In this document: in pieces, positions 1 to 8,271 of the stretch
How the letters are laid out: each line of letters opens with the position of its first letter
Position numbering within the stretch: the stretch's first letter is position 1
From: Planctomycetota bacterium
GTDB lineage: Bacteria > Planctomycetota > GCA-002687715 > DRQF01
Direction of reading: 5' to 3'
DNA: 19,015 nt
Assembly: GCA_027001995.1 (NCBI GenBank)
Contig: JALTLO010000074.1
Span: 1 to 19,015, forward strand
The notes under the pieces: generated by a model
Told to the model about the DNA's origin: nothing
The model's input: only the letters and a program-made list of their open reading frames with translations
The model's database searches: none
Translations under genes and position numbers: made by a program

Positions 1-1
1 G

Positions 2-664
2 GGTCAAAGCGAGTATGCGGGTCGAGCGCGGGTTGTTGGCATCGTACCTTGCCCGCCAATTGCCCAAGGTGATGGTTATGTCGTAACAGCGACGATTCGT
101 CGCATCGCTAAGTCTCACCTGAAGATCGACTTCGGCGAAGAGTCAATCGGCGTCACCGAAGAGCACCCGTTCTGGTCTGAAGATCGCAATGGTTGGGTTT
201 CTGCCAGACGCTTGAAGGTCAATGAAGTTGTTCGCAGTACGGGCAACAAGCAAGTATTCGTCAAGTCGATTACCCGCCAGAAACAAGCCACAGTCTACAA
301 TCTCGAGGTGAACCGCAGTCATTCTTATCTAGTTGGCAAGAGCCGATTGGTTGTGCACAATGGGTGTGGGGAGCAAGAGAAGAAGTGGCACACAATCTAT
401 CTCGTTTCGGGAGAGCACACAAGATCTGGATTGCCCTATGTCGGTCGAACGAGTGATCCCGATCGAAGGCTTAATTTTACTGCTGACGATCGCGATCGCA
501 CCAAAGCCGTTATCATCGAAAAGATTTTCGGAACAGAAGCAGACGCTCGTCTCGCCGAGCAGAATGCCATGAATAACGTGGGTCGCCTCGAAAAGCTCGA
601 CAACAAGCGCAACGAAATAGCTGAAAAGAAATGGGGCGAAAGAGGTGTTTGCCCGATAAAATAA
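2..664 (+). CDS. Polymorphic toxin, 5'-partial: pretoxin Hint domain + C-terminal GIY-YIG/URI-fold nuclease toxin domain
   Basis: The frame is open from base 2 (GQSEYAGRARVVGIVPCPPIAQGDGYVVTATI...), upstream of the called start at 212. Hint motifs are GVTEEHPFWS (TxxH) and VYNLEVNRSHSYLVG...LVVHN (His-Asn at 356-361). The following 100 aa contain TIYLV...YVGRT...RRL...ARLAEQ...LDNKRNEI, the GIY-YIG pattern with conserved Arg, Glu and Asn. Confidence 0.88.
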   Translation, partial: GQSEYAGRARVVGIVPCPPIAQGDGYVVTATIRRIAKSHLKIDFGEESIGVTEEHPFWSEDRNGWVSARRLKVNEVVRSTGNKQVFVKSITRQKQATVYNLEVNRSHSYLVGKSRLVVHNGCGEQEKKWHTIYLVSGEHTRSGLPYVGRTSDPDRRLNFTADDRDRTKAVIIEKIFGTEADARLAEQNAMNNVGRLEKLDNKRNEIAEKKWGERGVCPIK

Positions 665-678
665 CGGAGGATCGTCAA

Positions 679-1635
679 GTGATCGAATTTGTAAGAACCG
701 AATATCCCTATCAGGAATTCGCGGTGACCTGCGAACGTGGATATAATTTTCGTTCTAATCCTGCCGGATGGTTCTGCGTAGGAAGAGATGAACCAGGGGC
801 TAACGTTAAGGCACCGGAAGAAGGGGCACTTTCTTTGTTCATTAATGTTGCCAGGGGATTTGAGGGAGAATCTTGTGAGTTCCTCAAACAAATTGGTGAA
901 AATGTGGAGTTTCTCGATTGGGTGGGTTCATCAAATCCAGACCTTCGCCCAGTCGGGGAGCTGGCGTCTCTACGGCATTTGTCCATTCAACCGGACGCCG
1001 ACCCTATGAGGCATTTGGGTCTCGGCAATTGCTCGAAATTAATAAGCTTGGTTGTTGATTGGCCGTTGGTCGTTGACACAGTCTTTTCATGTACGAAACT
1101 CCTTGATCTGACGATCGATCGGGTTCCAGAGGGGGAACTTCAAGAATTTGGCGTCTTCTCAAGTTTGCGCGCGCTGAAATTGACAAGATGCCGGACACGA
1201 AGTTTGGAATTTCTCAAGGGAAATACGGAAATCGAGTCACTGGAGCTTGAGACATGCCGGAACATAAGCGATCTTTCGCCAATCGGTAGTTTGAAGAAAT
1301 TAAGACGCTTGAGTTTGGACGGATGCCGCGCTATTGAATCACTTGAGCCGCTCGCAGAGCTCACAAATCTCGAAATTTTGGGCCTTCGAGATGTTGGAAC
1401 CATCCCATCGCTGTCACCGGTTGCGAATTGCAAGTCTCTACTCGCTTTGTCTTGTGGCGGCAGGAGTTTCATCGAAGACAGAGATCTTTCTTCGATTGCT
1501 CAGCTGCCGAATCTTACCATGGCCTTCTTTTCGACGCCGACCAAGTACTCGCATCGAGTAAATAGGAGCTGGAACTGGAATGATTTTGGAAAGCCAGGAC
1601 TTGAACTGATCCCCAAGAGCAGCAAACGACGCTAA
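679..1635 (+). CDS. Leucine-rich repeat protein, candidate immunity protein for the upstream toxin
   Basis: GGAGG at 666-670 precedes an in-frame GTG at 679, 14 nt after the toxin stop. It has LxxLxxLxL repeats (LRALKLTRC, IESLELETC, LKKLRRLSLDGC, LTNLEILGLRDV). The immunity role is inferred from position. Confidence 0.82.
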   Translation: MIEFVRTEYPYQEFAVTCERGYNFRSNPAGWFCVGRDEPGANVKAPEEGALSLFINVARGFEGESCEFLKQIGENVEFLDWVGSSNPDLRPVGELASLRHLSIQPDADPMRHLGLGNCSKLISLVVDWPLVVDTVFSCTKLLDLTIDRVPEGELQEFGVFSSLRALKLTRCRTRSLEFLKGNTEIESLELETCRNISDLSPIGSLKKLRRLSLDGCRAIESLEPLAELTNLEILGLRDVGTIPSLSPVANCKSLLALSCGGRSFIEDRDLSSIAQLPNLTMAFFSTPTKYSHRVNRSWNWNDFGKPGLELIPKSSKRR

Positions 1636-1717
1636 GCCGTGCTTCCCGTTTACATCGGGGTTGTTGCACGTGCGCGTGTGATGACGCAACATTTCTTCTG
1701 TAAATTCCATGAGCGAG

Positions 1718-2899
1718 TCAATCCTGTCCCATGGTCAAATAGGTCCGTCCAGTTTCCCTTTCTCCGCTTTTCTCTGCGAGCATGGCAGAGACTAGCCTAA
1801 GCAAGGAGTCGACATTGGGAAATACGCCGACGACCTTGACTCTCCTGCTCACCTCCAAATTGAGGCGCTCAATCGAGTTCGAAGTTCTTAGTTTCTTCTG
1901 ATGCCTTGCTGGCACGGCGAAGACAGTCAAGGATTCCGGTATGTTCTCTTCCATCCAAGTCGCCAGCTCGGGCGCTTGCCCTTGATATTCCTTGACGGTC
2001 TCTTTGAGCAGTCTGTCAGCGTTCGTCCGATTTTTCGCATTGAAGACAGCCTTTATGGCCCTCGCGACGTCTTCTTTCATCGCCACTTTTGGCACGTGTG
2101 CCTGGGCGTTCTGTTGCAGATGAAATTGGCATCTTTGCCAGGGTACGGTCGGGAATCGGGCAGATATAGCCGCTTTCAATCCCGAATGCCTATCGCTGGT
2201 AATCAGTTCGACACCATAAAGCCCTCGATTTTGCAAACTCTCAAAAAAGTCTCGCCAGTGCGTTTCGGCTTCCGACAGGGCCACGCTAACGCCAAGAATG
2301 GACCTCTTGCCACTTTCGTTGACTCCGACAGCAATCAAGACCGCGACGTCGATGACGCTGCCGCTATGGCGCACTTTTACGTACTTTGCGTCTACAGTGA
2401 GATAGCGGGTTTCTCCGATGGCTCGGTTGCGCCATATCTCCAGTTCGTCATCGAGAAGCTTGGCCGCTCGTGAGACCTGCATGGAGGTGATATTGAGACC
2501 ACAGAGTTTCTCGGTGATGGCCGCCACTTTACGAGTCGAGACCCCCTGCACGTAAGACTCTGCCACCGCCAACACCAAAGCCCGTTCGCCACGAGGGCCT
2601 TTGTCCAAGGTCTGGGGGTAGAATCGTTCCTCACCTTCCTCTAACCCTCTCACTTGAGGGATCTTGAGTTCGATTTGACCAGCTCGGGTGTCCATTTTCT
2701 TCGGTTTGTAGCCGTTGGCGTAGCCATGCCTCGTTTCACTTCGCTGGTAAGGGCCTGCACCAATGAAAGCGGAGCGCTCATGCCTCATGGCTTCGTTCAT
2801 GAGAATTTCCATGCACTTGGCCATGGCGTCAAAGCCATTTTCAGTGAGTAGTTCCAAAACGCATTCCATCACAGCAGGATCATTTTCGGGTCGAGTCAT
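1718..2899 (-). CDS. IS256-family (Mutator-like) DDE transposase
   Basis: 393 aa with family motifs NGYKPK, YVQGVSTRKV, YLTVDAKY (D), LITSDRHSG (D), WQRCQFH (CxxH) and TSNSIERLNLE (E). Confidence 0.96.
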   Translation of the reverse strand: MTRPENDPAVMECVLELLTENGFDAMAKCMEILMNEAMRHERSAFIGAGPYQRSETRHGYANGYKPKKMDTRAGQIELKIPQVRGLEEGEERFYPQTLDKGPRGERALVLAVAESYVQGVSTRKVAAITEKLCGLNITSMQVSRAAKLLDDELEIWRNRAIGETRYLTVDAKYVKVRHSGSVIDVAVLIAVGVNESGKRSILGVSVALSEAETHWRDFFESLQNRGLYGVELITSDRHSGLKAAISARFPTVPWQRCQFHLQQNAQAHVPKVAMKEDVARAIKAVFNAKNRTNADRLLKETVKEYQGQAPELATWMEENIPESLTVFAVPARHQKKLRTSNSIERLNLEVSRRVKVVGVFPNVDSLLRLVSAMLAEKSGERETGRTYLTMGQD

Positions 2900-2950
2900 T
2901 TTACTGTTCCTTGAAGTAGTGGTTACTTACAAGAGACAGGAAATGGCTCG
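2892..2950 (-). promoter_or_regulatory. Long imperfect hairpin covering the transposase RBS and start codon
   Basis: The arm CGAGTCATTTTACTGTTCCTTGAAGTA (from 2892) matches the reverse complement of TACTTACAAGAGACAGGAAATGGCTCG (to 2950). It includes the ATG (2897-2899) and the AAGGA RBS. Confidence 0.65.
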
Positions 2951-3129
2951 CTCCTTCAAGCTAAACTTTTTGCCATGCCCGAAGCGGGCATGGATTCAAT
3001 GCCTATGCCGAAGACGGCAAAGGCAGGCCGCGCCCATGCGGTGGCAAAGCCCACCGCCCGGGGCCCCGCGGCCAAGAAAAAAGCTTGAAGAGGAAAGTAC
3101 AGAAGAGAAGTTACACCAACACCACGTAG

Positions 3130-3460
3130 CGTGTCGCACCCAAGAGTGGGGTTGCCCAGGCCACGGATATCACCTTGCTCCGAAAGCGGGAAGGCACGTA
3201 TGTCGAGAACTCGACATCTTCGCAAACGCTCCTCAGCATACGTATGTTGTGGATGGTGATGACCGCTGGCGTCTGATATTGACAACGGAAGGGTGCCGTC
3301 GTCTGGGAGAAATTGTAGATCGCGGCATATCATCAGCTCTGCTAGATTTGGGGCTCCAGTCGGGTATTGTAACCAAGGGCAGTAGGGCATTCCCCCGTGC
3401 CTTGAAACGATATATAATCTAAGGCTCGGTGGGCTATGCCGCGAATTTGTTTTGCTCACC
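3130..3460 (+). pseudogene. Frameshifted remnants of Hint-domain C-terminal halves (decayed toxin cassettes)
   Basis: Stitching frames gives RVAPKSGVAQATDITLLRKREGTYVEN/LDIFANAPQHTYVVDGD...GV..(I)DNG (3130-3289), resembling VYNLEV..HTYxV..GVxVHN. A second segment, QSGIVTK...PRA/ETIYNLRLGG, lies at about 3357-3433. Confidence 0.45.
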
Positions 3461-3546
3461 GTCTAAGGGGGTGGTTCCGGGCTAAGTGCTCGATCCGATG
3501 GGCGATAAGTGTGATAGATTGTCGATCTAGCGAAACATCAGGATGA

Positions 3547-4269
3547 ATGTTGTTGACTGAACTGGAAGTGAACGATCCAATGGGCGAAAAAGAAGATCAA
3601 GAAGGGCCGTCGCGCCCGGTCCCGTCTCGCGTGGCGATGAGAGCTCTTGTGCTTGTGGCTGTATCCTGTCGGGGCGCGATCGAGCAAGAGCCTGCGGGGG
3701 CGGATCATCAAGAGTTGTGTCTGGAAATCTGTGAGTGGTTGGAAGAAGTTGGGGCTTGGCAAGAAACAGAAAGCCAAGAACGCGAAGTCCTGGAGTCCAG
3801 GCTTGGCACGCTGTCCAGGCGAGACCGTGTTGATGCTACTTGGTGCTCGGAAGGGGCGGCAGTCTTGGCTTGGGCCCTTGGCGTTGGAGGGTTGCCCTCA
3901 TGTCATATCCCCTGCGATCCTATTTCCACCGCGAGCCGTGTTGGCTTCTTGGCTGACAGTGATGAAACGGTGCTTGAGGCTCCAGTTCTTTTATTGGAAT
4001 CTCGGCTTCAAGATTGTGCGAAACACTACATGGAGGTCCACGGGAGGTTGAGGGATCTTAGGATAAAAAGAGAATCAATTGCTTTTGGTTCCGATGCACA
4101 CACCAAGATGTCGTTCGACGATAGCTTGTGTGTTGGCGGCCAACGCATCGACCTGTCGTCCATAGCGAAACGAGATAGCGTCAATAGCATTGTCATGGAG
4201 CGCCATAGAGCACTCAACTGGCTTCTTGGAGATGAATCGATCTATTCCGAGGTGACAACTGATACGTGA
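3547..4269 (+). CDS. DUF4272 domain-containing protein (possible immunity-type protein)
   Basis: Motifs VAMRALVL, WLEEVG..ETESQEREVL, WCSEGAAVLAWALG and the C-terminal VMERHRALNWL...YSEVTTDT are characteristic of DUF4272. There is an alternative start at ATG 3580. Confidence 0.85.
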   Translation: MLLTELEVNDPMGEKEDQEGPSRPVPSRVAMRALVLVAVSCRGAIEQEPAGADHQELCLEICEWLEEVGAWQETESQEREVLESRLGTLSRRDRVDATWCSEGAAVLAWALGVGGLPSCHIPCDPISTASRVGFLADSDETVLEAPVLLLESRLQDCAKHYMEVHGRLRDLRIKRESIAFGSDAHTKMSFDDSLCVGGQRIDLSSIAKRDSVNSIVMERHRALNWLLGDESIYSEVTTDT

Positions 4270-4521
4270 GCCGGGAAGTGAGCCCGTTTGAATGATCCGC
4301 ACAACGATCACATATTCTTGGAGCCAACATGGCGTTTGCGGGTGAGTGATGTGGCCACCGCTCAAGACGAGCCCTTTCCACCAATCTGAGTCAGCCAGTC
4401 CACTATTACGCTCGGCGGATTGCACCTTGGCCCATACAGTGTCAGGCTCTTCAGTTTTCTCAATCGCGACTCCAATTCGTCCGTGGTTGTCGCGAATCAT
4501 ACCGCCAATCTTGATGCGCAT
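4075..4521 (-). CDS. Hypothetical protein, possibly with a decayed C-terminus
   Basis: The first ~60 aa from ATG 4521 look like a compact real protein (MRIKIGGMIRDNHGRIGVAIEK...DWWKGLVLSGG). The rest runs antisense 195 nt into DUF4272, suggesting the true stop was lost. Confidence 0.35.
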   Translation of the reverse strand: MRIKIGGMIRDNHGRIGVAIEKTEEPDTVWAKVQSAERNSGLADSDWWKGLVLSGGHITHPQTPCWLQEYVIVVRIIQTGSLPGSRISCHLGIDRFISKKPVECSMALHDNAIDAISFRYGRQVDALAANTQAIVERHLGVCIGTKSN

Positions 4522-4647
4522 GAACCTTGTCTTCAGCTGACCTCTGATTCCGTGCATTAGACAAAAATTTCATCTTTGGTGCTCGGTCGATTTCGCCCGT
4601 TTTCGGTATTCTCACCCGGCTTCCAAGAAGCTCTTTGGGGCTGAGTT

Positions 4648-4968
4648 GTGTCCTATGGAATACCGAGCAGAGCGATAGAGTCCTCCATAGCCAATTCCGT
4701 TCATAAGCCAGTCGACAAGCGACGAATTTTTCAATCTCGAACATTCTATGATGAAAATGGCCATCCGTCTTTGCGGCAAGATCTTGATCTTGAACACAAC
4801 GGAATGAAACCATATGAACATCGTTCCGAATTCAACAAGAAAGGGCAGATGACAAGTTCGAAAAAAGGTAACGGAAGTGAACTTCCGGTCAATTTCAAGG
4901 TAGTTTGCGCTTTTGCGTCTCTAGCTAGCTGGCATTCTCCTTCTCGCCTAGTCGTTCATTCAGCGTAA
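4648..4968 (+). pseudogene. Degenerate orphan polymorphic-toxin tip (Ntox24-like predicted RNase)
   Basis: ANSVHK...SRTFYDENGHPSLRQDLDLEHNGMKPYEH resembles the YDxxG..RxD..H..PHxH signature, with some His positions substituted. There is no good RBS or start and no intact immunity gene behind it. Confidence 0.55.
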
Positions 4969-5322
4969 CACTCTCAATGTAAGACCAGTCTCTGGTCTTT
5001 CGGCTCCTGTGTATCCCGAAAACCCAAGGAACCTATCTTGACAGCCGGTCAAGCCTGCGATTTTCGAGGGCGACCGATGATTTGGGCGTTGGTCAACTGA
5101 GTTTCTCCGGGAGATGAAAAGCCAGGACAGACTTCGACATGGAATCGACCTGTCTCTTTTTCTTTTCTTAGGCTGCGGAACGTGTCCATATGCGGAATCG
5201 CTGAACAAAGGCAAGTTGTCTGAACTTTTTCTTTTGATTAGGGTATATGGATTAAGGTGGATTACAGATGTGGTGTACTCATCGCTCCACGGGGCATCCA
5301 TTCCCATGTAATAGGGCAATTT

Positions 5323-8124
5323 ATGCGTTCGCAATATCCAGCTGGAGGCTTTTGGGCAGCCATTTTGGTTTGCTTTCTCGTCGATTTTCTTTTCTTAGGC
5401 CATGCCCTTCTCTCGGATGACGTCCGAGCTCCTGCGGCAGACATTGACTATGCGTTGCCATACGCCCAGGAGTTTAACGTGCGCCCCGATCCCTGCGCCA
5501 ACATCTATCTCATTGATTGGTCTCACTCGGTCCATTCGTGGCAGCGATTGGTGCGAGATTCCTATTTAAAGGGCCAACTGCCTCTGTGGAATGACCGGGC
5601 TGGCTGTGGCCAGCCCCTCTTGGGGAACCTTCAAACTGAGATTTTCTCACCGTACCAACCAATCAACCTCATAGCAGGCGACCAATACGTCGATTGGAGG
5701 CAGCTAGCCACTTTGCTTGTCGCTCAGGTCTGTTCTTTGTTCTTGATCTATGTTCTCGGTCTATCTCCTTGGGCTGGTCTTGTTGCTGCGATCGGATTTT
5801 CGTTCGGTTCCTATATGCAGGTTTGGTCTGTGCTGCCTGTCGTTGGCAGTGCGGCATTCTCGCCAGCCATCTTCGCCTCCTTCATTTGCTTGCGCCGCCG
5901 GTTCTCTTGGACTACGGTTTCTTGGGGTGGGTTGGTTGTCGGTTTGTCGATCTTGTCCGGTCATATTGAATCGACGTTTATGGCTTGTTTAGCGGCATGT
6001 GGTGTGACCTTTCTTGCGGGCGGTGACCGCAACGAGGGGATGCCTCAAGCCCTCAGAGCCCGCGCTCTCTTTGTCTTCCAGGCCGGACTAGTTGGTCTCG
6101 TGGGTTTAGGATTGGCGGCTTGTCAACTTCTGCCCTTCTTTGACTATCTTGATCAGTCCCTTGTAATGAGCATTCGGAAATCCGCCCCTCAAGTCACAAT
6201 TCCGCCCCGCCAAGTATTGGCGCTCATGGACCCGAAGGCTTTTGGGTTTCCGACAGATGCCGGAGGCTATTTTGGTGCTAAGAACTATCTTGAGGCCATC
6301 GTTCATGTGGGGCGAGTCGTTTTGGCGTTGTCTCTCGTGGGGTTGATTGGGGGTATTTGGGCCAGAAGAAAATTTGTCATTCCTCTTTTTTTGATAGTCA
6401 CATTCAGCATCGCTCTGGCGTTTTCTCCTCCTTCATTTCACGACAAGATTCAGTTCTTCCCGTTCAACGTCATGCCCATGATGCGTATGCATTTTGTCGG
6501 TTCGATGCTCTTGCCCGTCTTGGCTGCCTTCGGCCTTGACTTCATCATGAATAGCATCAAAAAGAGGCAAATAGTTGCCAAGCGCATTGCCATGGCTACT
6601 TTGATCCTTTTGGCATTGTTCCATGTTGTATTGCTGTCGTTCTTTGCCCCCCGGCCCGAGAACATCGGGGCATTCGCCATCGGAGGAGTTGATTTTATTG
6701 GGCCACTTATTTTCTTGGGGATGACGGCAGCCGTCTTGATCTTCTGGAGGCATGGAAAAAAACGAGCCCCTTGGCTGTGCGCCGTTTTGCTATTGAGCGT
6801 TGCGATTTTGGAATCTACCACCCTTTGGTGGCCTTTTGTTCCACTTGGCAAAGCGACCTCGCTTTCTCCGCAGTCCCCAAGCATTGAGTACATCGAAGAA
6901 AAGACGGAAAGGCTTCGCTTGCTGCCGTCGGAGAAACAGCTTACGCCTGAGTTGGGGAATCTGCATGACATAACCAGCCTGAAGGTCTACGATGGCATGG
7001 GCATGGCGAGGCACACAGCGTTGTTCTTTTTTCAAGGTGGGCTCTATGGTGTAACGACTCACTTGCCTATTTTTGGAATTCAGCCAGCGACTTTGGACAT
7101 GTTGAGTGTTGGTTGGACGTTGACTGAGTGGGCCCCTGAGAGATCATTGTTGCCGATGGGGGAGCAAGTCCTGGCATCTGGGCACGAGTCGGAATTCCCT
7201 TTTGTTTACCAAGAAGGCGTGCCTCTCGAATTCATCGTTTCTCAATCTGGCAAGCAAGCACTTGTTCCGGGCGCATTTGAGCTTTCGATGTGGACCAAGG
7301 ACGAGGCGAAGTTGACTTGGGTCTTGGGGGAGGAAGGCAAAGCCAATTCTATGGGCGCGATTCATGCAAAAGCGGACGATGCAATGCGCTCTTATCTCAA
7401 CAATCTCGATCGTATTTTCGATCGACCCCATACTTACATTGCATTTCAACCGACGTCTTCGATCAAGACGGGAACAAGAATGACTGGCAAGATTCGCGTG
7501 GCAACGACAAGCCCCTCTATTCACTTGCGCGTCATCGCGAGAGACGGTCTTCAGGCGAAAGAAGTGTTTCAGCATCGAGGGATCTTCGTCGGACGCCGAG
7601 AGACCGCAATGCCACGATCCTATTTGGCGGCAGCCACGACGTTTTGCCAACCTGAGCCCTCGAAGAATGACGATGAACCCCTTGACGTCCGTTTCATGAG
7701 ACAAGCGATTGCTGATGTCTCCGCATCCGGGTTTGATCCTCATAAAGTTACAATCCTTGAGTCGGGGGAACGATCAGATTTTTCCATTCCTCATAGAGTC
7801 TCAAGCGAACCCACAGCTCTTGTGGTGAAGAAACTTGCGTCTGGTAGGTTTCTAATAGACTCAGAGAAACAAGATTCGTCGGTACTTGTGTTTTCCGAGT
7901 GCTATGATCGGGGATGGCGGGCCCGCATTGATGGTGAACTCACCGACATCATTCCCGCCAATGTTTGTTCAATGGCAGTTGCCTTGCCTCCTGGTAGGCA
8001 CACGATCGAGTTTTACTTCTGGCCACGATCGTTGACGGTGGGGTTTGCGATAACCTTCGCGACACTCTTGTTTGTGATAGCTGTTCTCATCTATGGACGT
8101 CGTCCAGCGACCCTCGGTAGATAG
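5323..8124 (+). CDS. YfhO-family multi-pass membrane protein (GT-C fold glycosyltransferase-like)
   Basis: Motifs GQLPLWNDRAGCGQPLLGNLQTEIFSP, LSILSGHIE and QLLPFFDYLDQS, many TM helices, and the C-terminal LVFSECYDRGWRARIDG...ANVCSMAVALPPGRHTIEFYFWP followed by a final TM helix. ATG 5323 is preferred over the ORF-track start at 5257. Confidence 0.88.
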   Translation: MRSQYPAGGFWAAILVCFLVDFLFLGHALLSDDVRAPAADIDYALPYAQEFNVRPDPCANIYLIDWSHSVHSWQRLVRDSYLKGQLPLWNDRAGCGQPLLGNLQTEIFSPYQPINLIAGDQYVDWRQLATLLVAQVCSLFLIYVLGLSPWAGLVAAIGFSFGSYMQVWSVLPVVGSAAFSPAIFASFICLRRRFSWTTVSWGGLVVGLSILSGHIESTFMACLAACGVTFLAGGDRNEGMPQALRARALFVFQAGLVGLVGLGLAACQLLPFFDYLDQSLVMSIRKSAPQVTIPPRQVLALMDPKAFGFPTDAGGYFGAKNYLEAIVHVGRVVLALSLVGLIGGIWARRKFVIPLFLIVTFSIALAFSPPSFHDKIQFFPFNVMPMMRMHFVGSMLLPVLAAFGLDFIMNSIKKRQIVAKRIAMATLILLALFHVVLLSFFAPRPENIGAFAIGGVDFIGPLIFLGMTAAVLIFWRHGKKRAPWLCAVLLLSVAILESTTLWWPFVPLGKATSLSPQSPSIEYIEEKTERLRLLPSEKQLTPELGNLHDITSLKVYDGMGMARHTALFFFQGGLYGVTTHLPIFGIQPATLDMLSVGWTLTEWAPERSLLPMGEQVLASGHESEFPFVYQEGVPLEFIVSQSGKQALVPGAFELSMWTKDEAKLTWVLGEEGKANSMGAIHAKADDAMRSYLNNLDRIFDRPHTYIAFQPTSSIKTGTRMTGKIRVATTSPSIHLRVIARDGLQAKEVFQHRGIFVGRRETAMPRSYLAAATTFCQPEPSKNDDEPLDVRFMRQAIADVSASGFDPHKVTILESGERSDFSIPHRVSSEPTALVVKKLASGRFLIDSEKQDSSVLVFSECYDRGWRARIDGELTDIIPANVCSMAVALPPGRHTIEFYFWPRSLTVGFAITFATLLFVIAVLIYGRRPATLGR

Positions 8125-8271
8125 CGATTGGTCTCACGTCGTCGCTGGCTTCTTGATCTCGAAGGGACCTTGCTTGCCAGTTCTTTGTTTGCCCTTTCTT
8201 GATCTTTCCGGACCTTAGGGGTGAGTGGTGCATTGGCATTGTCTTCGTCTCTGAGGTGAGGTGGGTTTTGA

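Larger units (their letters stand above)
1678..3122 (-). mobile_element. IS256-family insertion sequence (~1.45 kb)
   Basis: Imperfect terminal inverted repeats flank a single IS256 transposase. The reverse complement of 1678-1702 is TACAGAAGAAATGTTGCGTCATCAC, versus TACAGAAGAGAAGTTACACCAACAC at 3098-3122. No perfect target-site duplication was seen, so the ends are uncertain by about 2 nt. Confidence 0.85.

Noticed and set aside
1636..1677. Short GGGTTGTTG match to bases 29-37 of the Hint region
   Set aside because: Only 9 nt, which is compatible with chance.
2763..3459. ORFs 2763-3422 (+) and 2956-3459 (-)
   Set aside because: They cross the IS end and the transposase start, so they are chimeric readings. 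Only short Hint-like segments appear meaningful.
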